Position numbers and translations under genes: made by a program. DNA of 61,515 bases, the filler included. It is 6 parts of 6 records of this genome, joined end to end, with 100 filler letters (N's around TTAATTAATTAA, not from the genome) between each part and the next. Parts side by side here need not be neighbours in the genome. Positions count along the whole stretch, not along the records: positions 27,415 to 34,783 come from SRR20825010_188; positions 34,884 to 39,096 come from SRR20825010_193; 4 more parts are not named here. The stretch is one strand, 5' to 3'. The notes beneath the pieces were generated by a model that saw nothing but the letters and a program-made list of their open reading frames with translations, was not told where the DNA came from and searched no databases. Of this stretch, positions 29,752-39,196 are shown piece by piece (position 1 is the first letter of the stretch; each line of letters begins with the position of its first letter).

Positions 29752-30426
29752 CTACGAAAGCAATGCCAGCAAGGCTTTTGCTCCTGCTTCTGATGAGGCG
29801 GGGTTCTGCCCGGTCACCAGGTTGCCGTCGGTGACTACATGGTTGGCCCAGTCGTCGCCTTTTTCATAAACGCCGCCGTTGGCCTTGAGCATGTCTTCCA
29901 CCAGAAAGGGAACGATGTCGGTGAGTTGCACACCGTCTTCCTCGCCATTGGTGAAGCCGGTGACGGCGCGACCTTTGACCAGCGGTTCGCCGTTATGGCG
30001 GGTGTGGCGAAAGACAGCGGGAGCGTGACACACCGCGCCGATGGGTTTGCCGCTGTTGTTGAAGGCTTCAATCAAGGCAATGGAGGTGGCATCTTCAGCC
30101 AGATCCCAGAGGGGACCATGGCCGCCGGGATAGAAAACGGCATCAAATGCCTGGGGATCCAGTTCGGACAAGGGCCTGGTATTGGCCAGTGCAGATTTGG
30201 CGTCGGTATCCTGGTTGAAGCGATCGGTGGCGGCGGTTTGCGCGTCGGGGCTATCGCTCTTTGGGTCAAGCGGCGGTTGGCCGCCTTTGGGGGAGGCCAG
30301 TGTGATGGTGGCGCCTGCATCCTTGAAAACATAGTAAGGCGCGGCAAATTCTTCCAGCCAGAAACCGGTCTTGTTGCCCGTGTCGCCCAGTTGGTCGTGG
30401 GAGGTGAGAATCATCAGAATATTCAT
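29752..30426 (-). CDS. DJ-1/PfpI (Hsp31/glyoxalase III-like) protein
   Basis: TGFWLEE, PGGHGPLWDL, AVCHAP, TGQNPAS. Confidence 0.92.
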   Translation of the reverse strand: MNILMILTSHDQLGDTGNKTGFWLEEFAAPYYVFKDAGATITLASPKGGQPPLDPKSDSPDAQTAATDRFNQDTDAKSALANTRPLSELDPQAFDAVFYPGGHGPLWDLAEDATSIALIEAFNNSGKPIGAVCHAPAVFRHTRHNGEPLVKGRAVTGFTNGEEDGVQLTDIVPFLVEDMLKANGGVYEKGDDWANHVVTDGNLVTGQNPASSEAGAKALLALLS

Positions 30427-30496
30427 GGTTGCTCTCCGTCAATTTCATCTCAGTGCCACCTCGAAGCCGGGGTGGGGTTGCGCAAGAGTGGGGTGG

Positions 30497-31654
30497 TTAG
30501 AGGCTGGCGTGCAGCACGCGGCGACACACGTCGGGGGTGACATCATTATGTTCACCCAGCGCGGTCATGCCGTGGGCTTCAAGGCTGTTGACCAGCGGTT
30601 CGATATGTTCCTCTGCCAATTGGTAATCCCCGAGGCGGGTCTTTACGCCCAGGCTTTCGAAGAAGGCGCGGGTTTTTTCAATCGCTGCCTCGGCCTGCTC
30701 TGACTCGCTGCCTTCATGGATGGACCAGACCCGTTGTGCGTACTGCACCAGTTTGTCGTGCTTGGCGTCTTTGCGTTCGGCGAGCATGGCCGGCAGCACA
30801 ATGGCCAGGGTCTGCGCATGGTCCAGGCCATGCAGGGCAGTGAGTTCATGGCCCAGCATATGGGTGGCCCAGTCCTGGGGAACGCCGGAGCCGATCAGGC
30901 CATTGAGTGCCAGGGTGGCGACCCACATCAGGTTGGCGCGCACATCATAATTTTCCGGATCCGCCAGGGCCTGTGGGCCAATCTCGATCAGGGTTTGCAG
31001 CAAGCCTTCGGCGAATCGGTCCTGTACCGGTGCATTGGCCGGGTAGGTGAGATATTGCTCGACGATATGCACAAAGGCATCAACCACACCATTTGCCACC
31101 TGCCGAGGGGGCAGGGTGAAGCTCTTGGTGGGATCCAGCACGGAAAATTGCGGGAACACCTGCTCGCTGTGAAACGGCAATTTGGCTTGCAGCGATTTGC
31201 GTGTCACCACGGCGCCCTTGTTCATTTCCGAACCGGTGGCAGGCAAGGTCAGCACTGAACCGAACGGCAATGCGCGATGAATATTGGTGCCGCCCTTTAG
31301 CAGGATGTCCCAGGCATTGCCCTCGAATACGGAGGCCGCGGCGACAAACTTGGTGCCGTCGATGACGGATCCGCCACCCACCGCCAGCAGGTAATCGATG
31401 CCGTCGCGCTGCACCACGCTGACGGCTTCCATCAAGGTTTCAAAACTCGGATTGGGTTCAATGCCACCAAACAGTTGCACTTGGCGGCCGTCCAATGCGG
31501 CTTCCACTTCATCCAGGGTGCCAGTGCGGCGAGCGCTTTCGCCGCCAAACAGAACCAGGATCTTGGCGTCTTTAGGTACCAGGGTGTCGAGGGCGGCTAT
31601 CTTTCCTTCGCCAAAGGCGATGCGGGTGGGGTTGTAGAAATCGAAGTTATTCAT
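30497..31654 (-). CDS. yqhD: NADPH-dependent aldehyde reductase, iron-containing ADH family
   Basis: NPTRI.FG, GGIEPNP, GGGSVIDG, TLPATGSE, DWATHMLGHE, HAQTLA. Confidence 0.9.
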   Translation of the reverse strand: MNNFDFYNPTRIAFGEGKIAALDTLVPKDAKILVLFGGESARRTGTLDEVEAALDGRQVQLFGGIEPNPSFETLMEAVSVVQRDGIDYLLAVGGGSVIDGTKFVAAASVFEGNAWDILLKGGTNIHRALPFGSVLTLPATGSEMNKGAVVTRKSLQAKLPFHSEQVFPQFSVLDPTKSFTLPPRQVANGVVDAFVHIVEQYLTYPANAPVQDRFAEGLLQTLIEIGPQALADPENYDVRANLMWVATLALNGLIGSGVPQDWATHMLGHELTALHGLDHAQTLAIVLPAMLAERKDAKHDKLVQYAQRVWSIHEGSESEQAEAAIEKTRAFFESLGVKTRLGDYQLAEEHIEPLVNSLEAHGMTALGEHNDVTPDVCRRVLHASL

Positions 31655-31688
31655 GCTGCGGTATCCTTGGTCGGTAAAGTATTTAAAT

Positions 31689-31703
31689 TAGACCGGTCGT
31701 CTA
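31689..31703. promoter_or_regulatory. NemR-type operator upstream of yqhD
   Basis: Palindrome TAGAC-CGGTC-GTCTA, identical to the copy at 32392-32406. Confidence 0.8.
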
Positions 31704-31715
31704 GAGTCGAGTGGT

Positions 31716-31739
31716 AAAAAAGCCTGCTCGAAAGCAGGC
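31716..31739 (-). terminator. Intrinsic terminator after the TetR gene
   Basis: GCCTGCT-CGAA-AGCAGGC with A6 tract on +. Confidence 0.75.
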
Positions 31740-31760
31740 CGCATTCATGTTCTGTGGGTG

Positions 31761-32369
31761 TCAGCGCGCCAGCAGGCTATGGGTCAGCATCATGGCGTTG
31801 TTCATGGGGGCGGCATTGCGATGCAGTTTGGTGAGCAAGCTGGCGCCCAGCCACAGCTGGTACAGGTTGCCTGCCGTTTGGTGTGCCGGCTGCGGGGGCA
31901 GAGAGCCATCGGCGATGGCGGCCTCTATGCAGTTGGCGATTCGCGCCATGACCTGGTCAGTGCCGTCGCGCAGAGTGATGCGCATGGCTTCAGACAGATC
32001 GGCGACTTCCGCGCTCAGCTTGACCACCAGGCAGTCGCGCAGGCCGGCCGGGCCGCAGTAGTTTTCCTGCCAGCCCTGCCAGTAACTCATCAGTCGGCTG
32101 ATGGCCGGTGTGCCGTCATCGGCGAAGCGGGCATCCAGGTCTTGAATGTAGCTGGCAAAATAATCTTCCAGCAATGCCTGGCCAAATTGTTCTTTGGACT
32201 GGAAATAGTGGTAGAACGAGCCTTTTGGCACGCCGGCGGCTTGCAGGATGGCACTCAAGCCGACGGAACTGAAACCGCGGGCAGCCAGAATGTCACGGCC
32301 CGTATCCAGCAGGTGCTGGCGGGTGTCACGGTGTTTGCCGGGCTGACGGATAGCGGTTTGCGTATTCAT
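31761..32369 (-). CDS. nemR: TetR family repressor, NemR-like
   Basis: GVPKGSFYHYF.SKE.FG helix-turn-helix; CLVVKLSAEVADLSE.MR with the conserved Cys. Confidence 0.82.
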   Translation of the reverse strand: MNTQTAIRQPGKHRDTRQHLLDTGRDILAARGFSSVGLSAILQAAGVPKGSFYHYFQSKEQFGQALLEDYFASYIQDLDARFADDGTPAISRLMSYWQGWQENYCGPAGLRDCLVVKLSAEVADLSEAMRITLRDGTDQVMARIANCIEAAIADGSLPPQPAHQTAGNLYQLWLGASLLTKLHRNAAPMNNAMMLTHSLLAR

Positions 32370-32391
32370 GGGCGGCACTTTACCACCTAAT

Positions 32392-32406
32392 TAGACCGGT
32401 CGTCTA
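32392..32406. promoter_or_regulatory. NemR-type autoregulatory operator
   Basis: TAGACCGGTCGTCTA just upstream of the TetR gene, overlapping the stop codon of the upstream gene. Confidence 0.8.
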
Positions 32407-33426
32407 GTGGTGCAGCAGCACTGCGGGTTTGTCCATAAACAGGGCCGTGCGGATCAGGTCCACATAGATCTGCTCCTTGCCGCCATGGCTGAGCAATGAC
32501 AGGACCTCGCCGTTATTCAGGTTTAACTGAATCTGGCTGTTCAGGTAGCTGCGTTCGCCGGTGCTCAGTATCTGGTTGAGCTGAATGGATTCCACGTCCC
32601 TGAACACAATGGTACGGGGGCCATCGGGCAGGGTGATGATTTGTTCGCGACGATCGATGCTGGCCTGGCTGGTGCTGGATGCCAGCAGGTACAGGCCCAC
32701 CAGGGTGAATGGGATCGATAACATCAGGCTTTGCATCATGCCGCCCCATTCCAGTTGTTGAAACGGAGTATGGGCAACCATCAGCGCGTCGTAGAGGAAA
32801 TACAGTTCCACGATCAGCCCGCCTTGCGGGGCGATGATAAAGCTCAAGCCCATGGCGCTGAGTATGCCGCTGCGCTTTACCTGTAGCCGGTCAGCCTTCA
32901 CGGCCCGGATGCGCCCGGTCACAAAGTTACTGGCGTTACGGGTAGGGGCCGTCGCGTTGCGGTGCGCGCCGGGATCCAGCCTGAGTGAGGGAATGTCCTC
33001 CGGGCGGCTGGCCAGCCAGCGCTGCTCTTCCTTGTTCAGGGCATTACCGGAACGCGTCACTATGCCGAGCCCCAGCCCGGCCAGCGCGATGAACAGCACC
33101 AGGTTGCCGACCCAGGTACGCAGGAAGCTGCGTTGCAGCCGGGAGATGCCCGACTGCTGGGTAACCAGTATCTTGTCTAGGCCGGCGCGGGCCTTTTCCA
33201 GGTGGGCAATCAACCAGCGGTCGTGGTCACTGAGGGTGGGTTTGGCCCGGGTCTGCGCAATACGGTTGCTGAGCTCCTGCTGCTTTTGTTGTTGCTTGAG
33301 CAGGTTTTCCTGCATGCGGATCATGGCGTCCTGATGCATGCGCCAGTGGTCCTGGGCGGTGGAAACGGCGCCCCCCACAACCAGAGCAATAAAGGCGGCA
33401 ATCAATAAACGGTAAATCCATTTCAT
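32404..33426 (-). CDS. Hypothetical membrane protein with coiled coil
   Basis: MKWIYRLLIAA N-terminal TM helix, Q-rich coil, three further hydrophobic segments. Confidence 0.7.
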   Translation of the reverse strand: MKWIYRLLIAAFIALVVGGAVSTAQDHWRMHQDAMIRMQENLLKQQQKQQELSNRIAQTRAKPTLSDHDRWLIAHLEKARAGLDKILVTQQSGISRLQRSFLRTWVGNLVLFIALAGLGLGIVTRSGNALNKEEQRWLASRPEDIPSLRLDPGAHRNATAPTRNASNFVTGRIRAVKADRLQVKRSGILSAMGLSFIIAPQGGLIVELYFLYDALMVAHTPFQQLEWGGMMQSLMLSIPFTLVGLYLLASSTSQASIDRREQIITLPDGPRTIVFRDVESIQLNQILSTGERSYLNSQIQLNLNNGEVLSLLSHGGKEQIYVDLIRTALFMDKPAVLLHH

Positions 33427-33582
33427 TATCTGCAGGTCCGTCGGCAGTGAGGGGCGCAAAGAGCAAAGAGTTGCGTATATTACAGGGTTGCCAACGCAGC
33501 GGTAGGGCAATGGATGCTTGACCTTGTCGCGCGGGGATATGAGGCTTGCCGCCATACGGATCACTTAATTCAGGATGCTTTC

Positions 33583-34503
33583 ATGTCAGAACTGATTCTG
33601 CACCACTACACGCTGTCCCCGTTTTCCGAGAAAGCCCGCGCCATGTTGGGTTATGCCGGCTTGCAATGGCAGTCGGTCACTGTGGCGGAAATGCCACCGC
33701 GCCCCAAGTTGGCGCCGCTGGCCAGCGGCTACCGGAAAATTCCGGTGGCGCAGATTGGCGCTGATGTTTTTTGTGATACCCGCACCCTCAGCCGCGAAAT
33801 TGCCCGGCTGAGCAACAAGCCCGAGCTGGTGGTGGAGAATTGCAGTGAAGAGGTGCAGGCCTTTGTCCGTGAGGTGGACCTGGAGATATTTCTGGCCTCC
33901 ATTGTCACGGCCGGGAATTTCACCCTGTTGCGCCGGGTACTGAAAGAGTCGTCACTGCTGGATCTGGGGCGCCTGTTACTGGACCGGATCAAGATGGGCA
34001 GCAAGTCGAAAGTGAAAGCCGACAGCCCCCGCGAAATGCGTCGCAAGGTGGCCGTGCATCTGGATCATATGGAAACCCTGCTGACCGGGCATTTCCTGTT
34101 TGGTGATGCGCCCAATGCCGGTGACTTTTCCGCCTATCACAGCCTCTGGTTTCGCCGTGATCTGGCCGGGCGAAATATTGCGGGCAGCCATCCGAAAGTG
34201 GAGGCCTGGATGAACCGTATGCAAGCCTTCGGGCAGGGCACGCGCAAGGATATCAGTGCGGATGAGGCTTTGGAGATCGCTCGCCAGGCTACGCCGCGGG
34301 CCCTGCCCGAACAGGTGGAGCAGACATCTTTGCTGGGTAAGGCAGTGCGAGTGGCACCGTCAGATTATGGCCGTGAGCCGGTGTTCGGTGAGCTGTGTTA
34401 TTGCGATGACCGCACGCTGGTGGTTCGTCGCGATGATCCCGTGGTGGGGCAGATTCAAGTGCATTTTCCCCGCGACGGTTTTGTCCTTTCAAAAGCAGAC
34501 TGA
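33583..34503 (+). CDS. Glutathione S-transferase family protein
   Basis: LHHY..SPFSEK, GYRKIPVAQIGADVFCDT, DYGR.PV.G, VHFPR.GF. Confidence 0.9.
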   Translation: MSELILHHYTLSPFSEKARAMLGYAGLQWQSVTVAEMPPRPKLAPLASGYRKIPVAQIGADVFCDTRTLSREIARLSNKPELVVENCSEEVQAFVREVDLEIFLASIVTAGNFTLLRRVLKESSLLDLGRLLLDRIKMGSKSKVKADSPREMRRKVAVHLDHMETLLTGHFLFGDAPNAGDFSAYHSLWFRRDLAGRNIAGSHPKVEAWMNRMQAFGQGTRKDISADEALEIARQATPRALPEQVEQTSLLGKAVRVAPSDYGREPVFGELCYCDDRTLVVRRDDPVVGQIQVHFPRDGFVLSKAD

Positions 34504-34515
34504 AGGGCCACGCAG

Positions 34516-34731
34516 ATGAGCCAACCGAACAATCCGTTGCATGGCATCACCCTGGAAACCGTGGTGACGCGCCTGGTTGAATACTATGGCTGGGACGAGC
34601 TGGGCGATCGCATTCGCATCAATTGCTTTATCAGCGATCCGTCAGTGAAGTCCAGCTTGAAGTTTCTGCGCAAAACACCCTGGGCGAGAGACAAGGTGGA
34701 AGCGTTATTCATCGATACCTTCTCCGAATGA
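34516..34731 (+). CDS. VF530 (DUF2132) family protein
   Basis: NPLHGITLE...YGW..L...[25 protein letters not shown]. Confidence 0.92.
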   Translation: MSQPNNPLHGITLETVVTRLVEYYGWDELGDRIRINCFISDPSVKSSLKFLRKTPWARDKVEALFIDTFSE

Positions 34732-34783
34732 ATCGCATCCAGTTTAAGCTGCCAAGTAGGTCGAATTTACCCAAGGGCACAGA

Positions 34784-34883
34784 NNNNNNNNNNNNNNNNN
34801 NNNNNNNNNNNNNNNNNNNNNNNNNNNTTAATTAATTAANNNNNNNNNNNNNNNNNNNNNNNNNNNNNNNNNNNNNNNNNNNN
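34784..34883. other. Artificial contig linker
   Basis: N44-TTAATTAATTAA-N44. Confidence 0.99.
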
Positions 34884-35538
34884 GTTTGACGGACTATTCA
34901 GTGTGGGCGATGTGGGCCAGGTCATGGAGAATTGGGGTATCCCCCCGGCGCTGGACAGCGAGGCTGGACGCTTCTTTGCCGATCTGAGCTGGCTCGGTCA
35001 ACCCTGGGAAATATCGCCCTCCACGATGACCGGTGCCATGTCGCTGCAACTGGAGAGCGGTCGTTTTTACAAATCGCCCTCTGGCACAGCGAATGCGCTA
35101 ATCCGGTTGGTGGGGTTGTTCAATTTCAACAACTGGTTGCGTCGTCTGCAGCTGGATTTTTCGGATTTGTTTGAAAAAGGCATGAGTTTTGATGAGCTGC
35201 AGGGTGGCCTGGTCTTTAACGCGGGCACCATGCAGTTTGATCCGCCGCTGCTGGTCAAAATGCCCTCCGGTCGGATCAAGATGGCCGGTAGTGCCGATCT
35301 GATTGCCGAGCAAATTGATGCGTCGTTGGTCACCACATTACCGGTGGGTACCAACCTGCCCTGGGTGGCGGCATTGATTGGTGGATTGCCGGCCGCAGCC
35401 GGGGTTTATATCACCAGCAAGTTATTTGAAAAGCAGGTGGACAAGCTGTCCAGTATCAGCTATCGAATTACTGGGCCGTGGGATGATCCTTCGGTCAAGG
35501 TGCAAAAAATATTCAGTGACAAGGGGGGCGCAAAATGA
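34884..35538 (+). CDS. yhdP: YhdP/AsmA2 family protein, C-terminal fragment
   Basis: RRLQLDFSDLF.KG.SFD, Y.ITGPW.DP; upstream of a nitrilase gene as usual. Confidence 0.85.
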
Positions 35539-36365
35539 GTCGTGTTGCCGCCATTCAGATGACCAATCAGGGCAGTTTGCAGGGTAATTTGCAGCAGGCG
35601 GCGAGCCTGATAGAGCAGGCTGCCGAACAGGGGGCAAAGCTGTTGGTGCTACCGGAATATTTTGCCTATCAGGGGTGTCGGGATCTGCCGGCGATTGCCC
35701 GTGATGAGCAGGATGCCAGTGGCCCGGCCAGACAGTTTCTTGCGGAACAGGCAAAACGCCATCAGGTCTGGATTGTTGGCGGAACCATTCCGGTTGCCCA
35801 GTCAGCCGATCAGCGTGCGGCGGCCATGTGTTTTGTGGTGGATGCTCATGGCAGTGAAGTGGCCAGTTATCAGAAGATTCATCTGTTCGATGTGCAGGTG
35901 GGCGATAGTCAGGGACGTTACTGCGAGTCCGACGACTACCGTCATGGCAGCGAGCCGGTGGTGGTGGACAGTCCCTTCGGCAAACTGGGATTGACGGTCT
36001 GCTACGATCTCCGTTTCCCGGAATTGTACCGTTATCTGTCGGCCCGGGGAGCGGACATTCTGTTGGTTCCCTCGGCGTTCACAGCGGCGACGGGAGAGGC
36101 GCACTGGCAGTTACTGTTGCGCGCCAGGGCGGTGGAGAATCTCTGCTATGTGGTCGGTGCCAATCTGGGAGACCGGTTTCATGAGAAGCGGCCGACCTGG
36201 GGTGGCTCCGCTCTGGTGGATCCCTGGGGGCAGGTCTTGGCGGAACTGGATACAGGGCCGGGGGTGGTTGTGGCAGATGTAGATCTGGCTTATCTGAACA
36301 AGTTGCGAAAAAACATGCCGCTTCATGAACACCGGCGCTTCGATGTGGTCAAAACTTCATCCTAA
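35535..36365 (+). CDS. Carbon-nitrogen hydrolase (Nit1-like)
   Basis: LPEYF, YQKIHLFDV, VCYDLRFPE triad; ARAVEN. Confidence 0.92.
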   Translation: MSRVAAIQMTNQGSLQGNLQQAASLIEQAAEQGAKLLVLPEYFAYQGCRDLPAIARDEQDASGPARQFLAEQAKRHQVWIVGGTIPVAQSADQRAAAMCFVVDAHGSEVASYQKIHLFDVQVGDSQGRYCESDDYRHGSEPVVVDSPFGKLGLTVCYDLRFPELYRYLSARGADILLVPSAFTAATGEAHWQLLLRARAVENLCYVVGANLGDRFHEKRPTWGGSALVDPWGQVLAELDTGPGVVVADVDLAYLNKLRKNMPLHEHRRFDVVKTSS

Positions 36366-36382
36366 AAACCACAGGCTGTATC

Positions 36383-36892
36383 ATGAAAAATATGGGTTTA
36401 AGCGCACTGATGGCAATTTTGATCGCTCTCCCCCTGACGGTTTCCGCCGCGGAAATGAGTGTTGAACAAGCCCGTCAGTTGATTCAGGAGGGGCGAGATA
36501 TGGACACCATCCCCAAGGCAGTCTGGCAAAAAATACTGACGCCGGCGCAGTACAGGATTCTCTGGAAGAAAGGTACCGAGCGCCCTTATACCGGTGCTTT
36601 ACTGGAGAACAAACAAAAGGGTACCTATGTGACGGCGGGTTGTCGCATCCCTGTTTTCCGCTCCGATCACAAGTACGACTCCCAGACTGGCTGGCCCAGT
36701 TTCTGGAAATCACACAAGCTGGACAATATTGTGCTCGAGGATGACTGGTCATGGATGGGCAAGCGCGTTGAAGAGCTGTCCGCCTGTGGTGAACACCTTG
36801 GGCATGTGTTTCAGGATGGCCCGAAACCCACCGGGTTGCGCTATTGCATCAACTCCGATGCGCTCCTGTTTATCCCCGACGAGCAACAGTAA
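36383..36892 (+). CDS. msrB: Methionine-R-sulfoxide reductase, exported
   Basis: Signal peptide; GTERPY, KYDS.TGWPSF, HLGHVF.DGP.PTGLRYCINS. Confidence 0.92.
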   Translation: MKNMGLSALMAILIALPLTVSAAEMSVEQARQLIQEGRDMDTIPKAVWQKILTPAQYRILWKKGTERPYTGALLENKQKGTYVTAGCRIPVFRSDHKYDSQTGWPSFWKSHKLDNIVLEDDWSWMGKRVEELSACGEHLGHVFQDGPKPTGLRYCINSDALLFIPDEQQ

Positions 36893-36928
36893 CCCCGCGT
36901 CGCAGAGCGGACTTGCAGGTTTATTGTC

Positions 36929-37573
36929 ATGTCGATACTGATCACGGGTTTCGATGCCGGTCACGATAAAGTCAATGCCTCGGCGGCACTGGTGTTCTCT
37001 TTGCGGGATGACCTGCCGCAGCAGTTGTTACCTCTTCGCTCGCGGCTTCATTTTGCCGTTCTGCCCCTGAGCATCGCTGGTCTGCGCCAGGCAGTGTTGG
37101 CCGAAATAGCCGCCTGTCAGCCGAAGTTCTGTGTGTTTACTGGTCAGGCACGGGGCCGCAATAAAGTTAATCTGGAACGAATGGCCACCAATTTGAGAGA
37201 TTTTGATTCCCCGGATATTGAGGGCTGTCAGCCACGTGGGGAAAGGATTGAATCCGATGGCCCAGCAGCTTACTGGAGTACCCTGCCGGGACAGGAAGCG
37301 ATGATAGAACGGCTCAATCGACAGGGAATTCCGGCGGCGCTATCAAACCATGCGGGTAACCATCTGTGTAATCAGTTGCTCTACCAGACGCTACACTGGG
37401 CACAGCAAAATGGTTCCGGCCTTGCCTGTGGCTTTGTTCACATTCCGCCACTGCCGATACAGGTTCGACGTCAGTGGCCGGAAACCCCGTTCATGCCACT
37501 GGAGATGACACGCTCAGCCCTGGCGCAGATTCTGCTGGTACTGGTTCAGCAGGCCGGGGCATCACCTTCGTGA
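36929..37573 (+). CDS. pcp: Pyroglutamyl peptidase I
   Basis: ILITGF, GQA.GR..VNLER.A.N, S..AG..LCN, GFVHIP. Confidence 0.88.
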   Translation: MSILITGFDAGHDKVNASAALVFSLRDDLPQQLLPLRSRLHFAVLPLSIAGLRQAVLAEIAACQPKFCVFTGQARGRNKVNLERMATNLRDFDSPDIEGCQPRGERIESDGPAAYWSTLPGQEAMIERLNRQGIPAALSNHAGNHLCNQLLYQTLHWAQQNGSGLACGFVHIPPLPIQVRRQWPETPFMPLEMTRSALAQILLVLVQQAGASPS

Positions 37574-37651
37574 ACCAATCTGCCTGACAGAAAACCCGGT
37601 TGCACGTGACCGGTTCTGCAGGGTGCCGGCGGAGTCAGTCAGCGATGCTGA

Positions 37652-38119
37652 TTAACGGTGGTAGGGATGTCCGGCATTGATGCTCCAGGCGCGGTAGAGC
37701 TGTTCCGCCAGTAACACACGCACCAGGGGGTGTGGCAGAGTCAGGGGGGAAAGTGACCAGCGGCTACCTGCCCTTGCCAGACACGTCGGTGCCAAGCCGT
37801 CGGGACCACCGACCAGCAGGCTGACGTTGTCGCCGGAACCCTGCCAGCGTTGCAAATTGACAGCTAGATCCCCCGTGTTCCAGGGTTTGCCCTGAACTTC
37901 CAGTGCGATGACCTGGTCCCGCTCGCCGATAGCTTTCAGCATCGCTTCGCCTTCCCGCAGGATTGCGCGCTGGATGTCGGCCCCTTTGCCCCGCTTGCCA
38001 AGGGGCAATTCGACCACCTCGATTCGCAGTTCCGGGGGCAGGCGTTTGAGGTATTCATTGCAGCCGGCTTCCACCCAGTCGGGCATCTTTGTGCCGATGG
38101 CAAGGATCCTCAGTCGCAC
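37652..38119 (-). CDS. rlmH: 23S rRNA pseudouridine-1915 N3-methyltransferase
   Basis: [30 protein letters not shown]. Confidence 0.96.
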   Translation of the reverse strand: MRLRILAIGTKMPDWVEAGCNEYLKRLPPELRIEVVELPLGKRGKGADIQRAILREGEAMLKAIGERDQVIALEVQGKPWNTGDLAVNLQRWQGSGDNVSLLVGGPDGLAPTCLARAGSRWSLSPLTLPHPLVRVLLAEQLYRAWSINAGHPYHR

Positions 38120-38125
38120 CGGACT

Positions 38126-38476
38126 TTATTCCTCGCCGCTGACTCTTGGGCTACCTGGGCGAACCGACCAGAGTTTTTCCAGCTCGTAAAACAGACGGGT
38201 CTCGGGGAGCATGACGTGTACCACGATATCGCCAAAATCCACCAGCACCCATTCAGAGGTGTCCATTCCTTCGACACCGATCGGCTGAAAGCCCGCCTTT
38301 TTTGCGTCTTCCACGACGTTATCCGCAAGGGATTTGACCTGGCGGCTGGAGGTGCCGCTGGCGACCACAATCTGATCCATGACATCGGTCAGATCGCTGA
38401 CGTCCATAGTAACGATGTCTTTGCCCTTGATATCTTCGAGGGCGTTGACCACGATGTCGATCAATTTTTTGCTCAT
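38126..38476 (-). CDS. rsfS: Ribosome silencing factor
   Basis: LEDIKG.DI, SGTSSRQV, WVLVDFGD.VVH, FYELEKLW. Confidence 0.96.
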   Translation of the reverse strand: MSKKLIDIVVNALEDIKGKDIVTMDVSDLTDVMDQIVVASGTSSRQVKSLADNVVEDAKKAGFQPIGVEGMDTSEWVLVDFGDIVVHVMLPETRLFYELEKLWSVRPGSPRVSGEE

Positions 38477-38491
38477 TGAATACCTTGTTGG

Positions 38492-39094
38492 TTAATACAG
38501 CTGGTTTTGGTTAATGTAATCAATAATGCTGTCTGGTACCAGATAGCGGATGGATTCACCCCGCTGCAGTGCCTGGCGGATCCCGGTGGCGGAAATGGGT
38601 AGCAGGGTCATTTCCCGAATCAGCAGGCCGCCGGCCGCTGTTGTCTGCAGTTCCCCGGTTTGGCGGATGCGGTGTCCATCGACAAAATCCCGGACTTCAC
38701 CCGAGTCAGGCAGATGCCAGCCAGGCCTGACGGCCACCACCAGATGGGCGAAGTCGGTCAGCTCCCGCCAGCGGTGCCACTGATTGATGGTCAGCAGCGC
38801 ATCCATGCCGATACACAGACACAGCGGCACTTCCGGTCCGATTTCGCGGCGCAGCTCGATCAGGCTGTCCACAGTATACGAGGGGCCATCCCGGCGCAGT
38901 TCGCGGTCGTCGGCCACCAGGCCCGGTTCGCCGGCCAGGCCCAGTTGCAGCATGGCCATTCTCTGCTTGGGCGAAGCCCGAGGTGGTGCGCGATGGGGGG
39001 GCTGGGCACTTGGCATCAGCCTCATCTCGGCAAGTGCCAGGGCATTTTTCAGTTCCAGCGCGGTGCGGAGATGACCGATATGTACCGGATCAAA
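38492..39094 (-). CDS. nadD: Nicotinate-nucleotide adenylyltransferase, 5' truncated
   Basis: FDPVHIGH read upstream of the listed ORF start; PPHR, SYTVD, IGMD, ISATGIR. Confidence 0.93.
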   Translation of the reverse strand, partial: FDPVHIGHLRTALELKNALALAEMRLMPSAQPPHRAPPRASPKQRMAMLQLGLAGEPGLVADDRELRRDGPSYTVDSLIELRREIGPEVPLCLCIGMDALLTINQWHRWRELTDFAHLVVAVRPGWHLPDSGEVRDFVDGHRIRQTGELQTTAAGGLLIREMTLLPISATGIRQALQRGESIRYLVPDSIIDYINQNQLY

Positions 39095-39096
39095 GG

Positions 39097-39196
39097 NNNN
39101 NNNNNNNNNNNNNNNNNNNNNNNNNNNNNNNNNNNNNNNNTTAATTAATTAANNNNNNNNNNNNNNNNNNNNNNNNNNNNNNNNNNNNNNNNNNNN
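39097..39196. other. Artificial contig linker
   Basis: N44-TTAATTAATTAA-N44. Confidence 0.99.
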
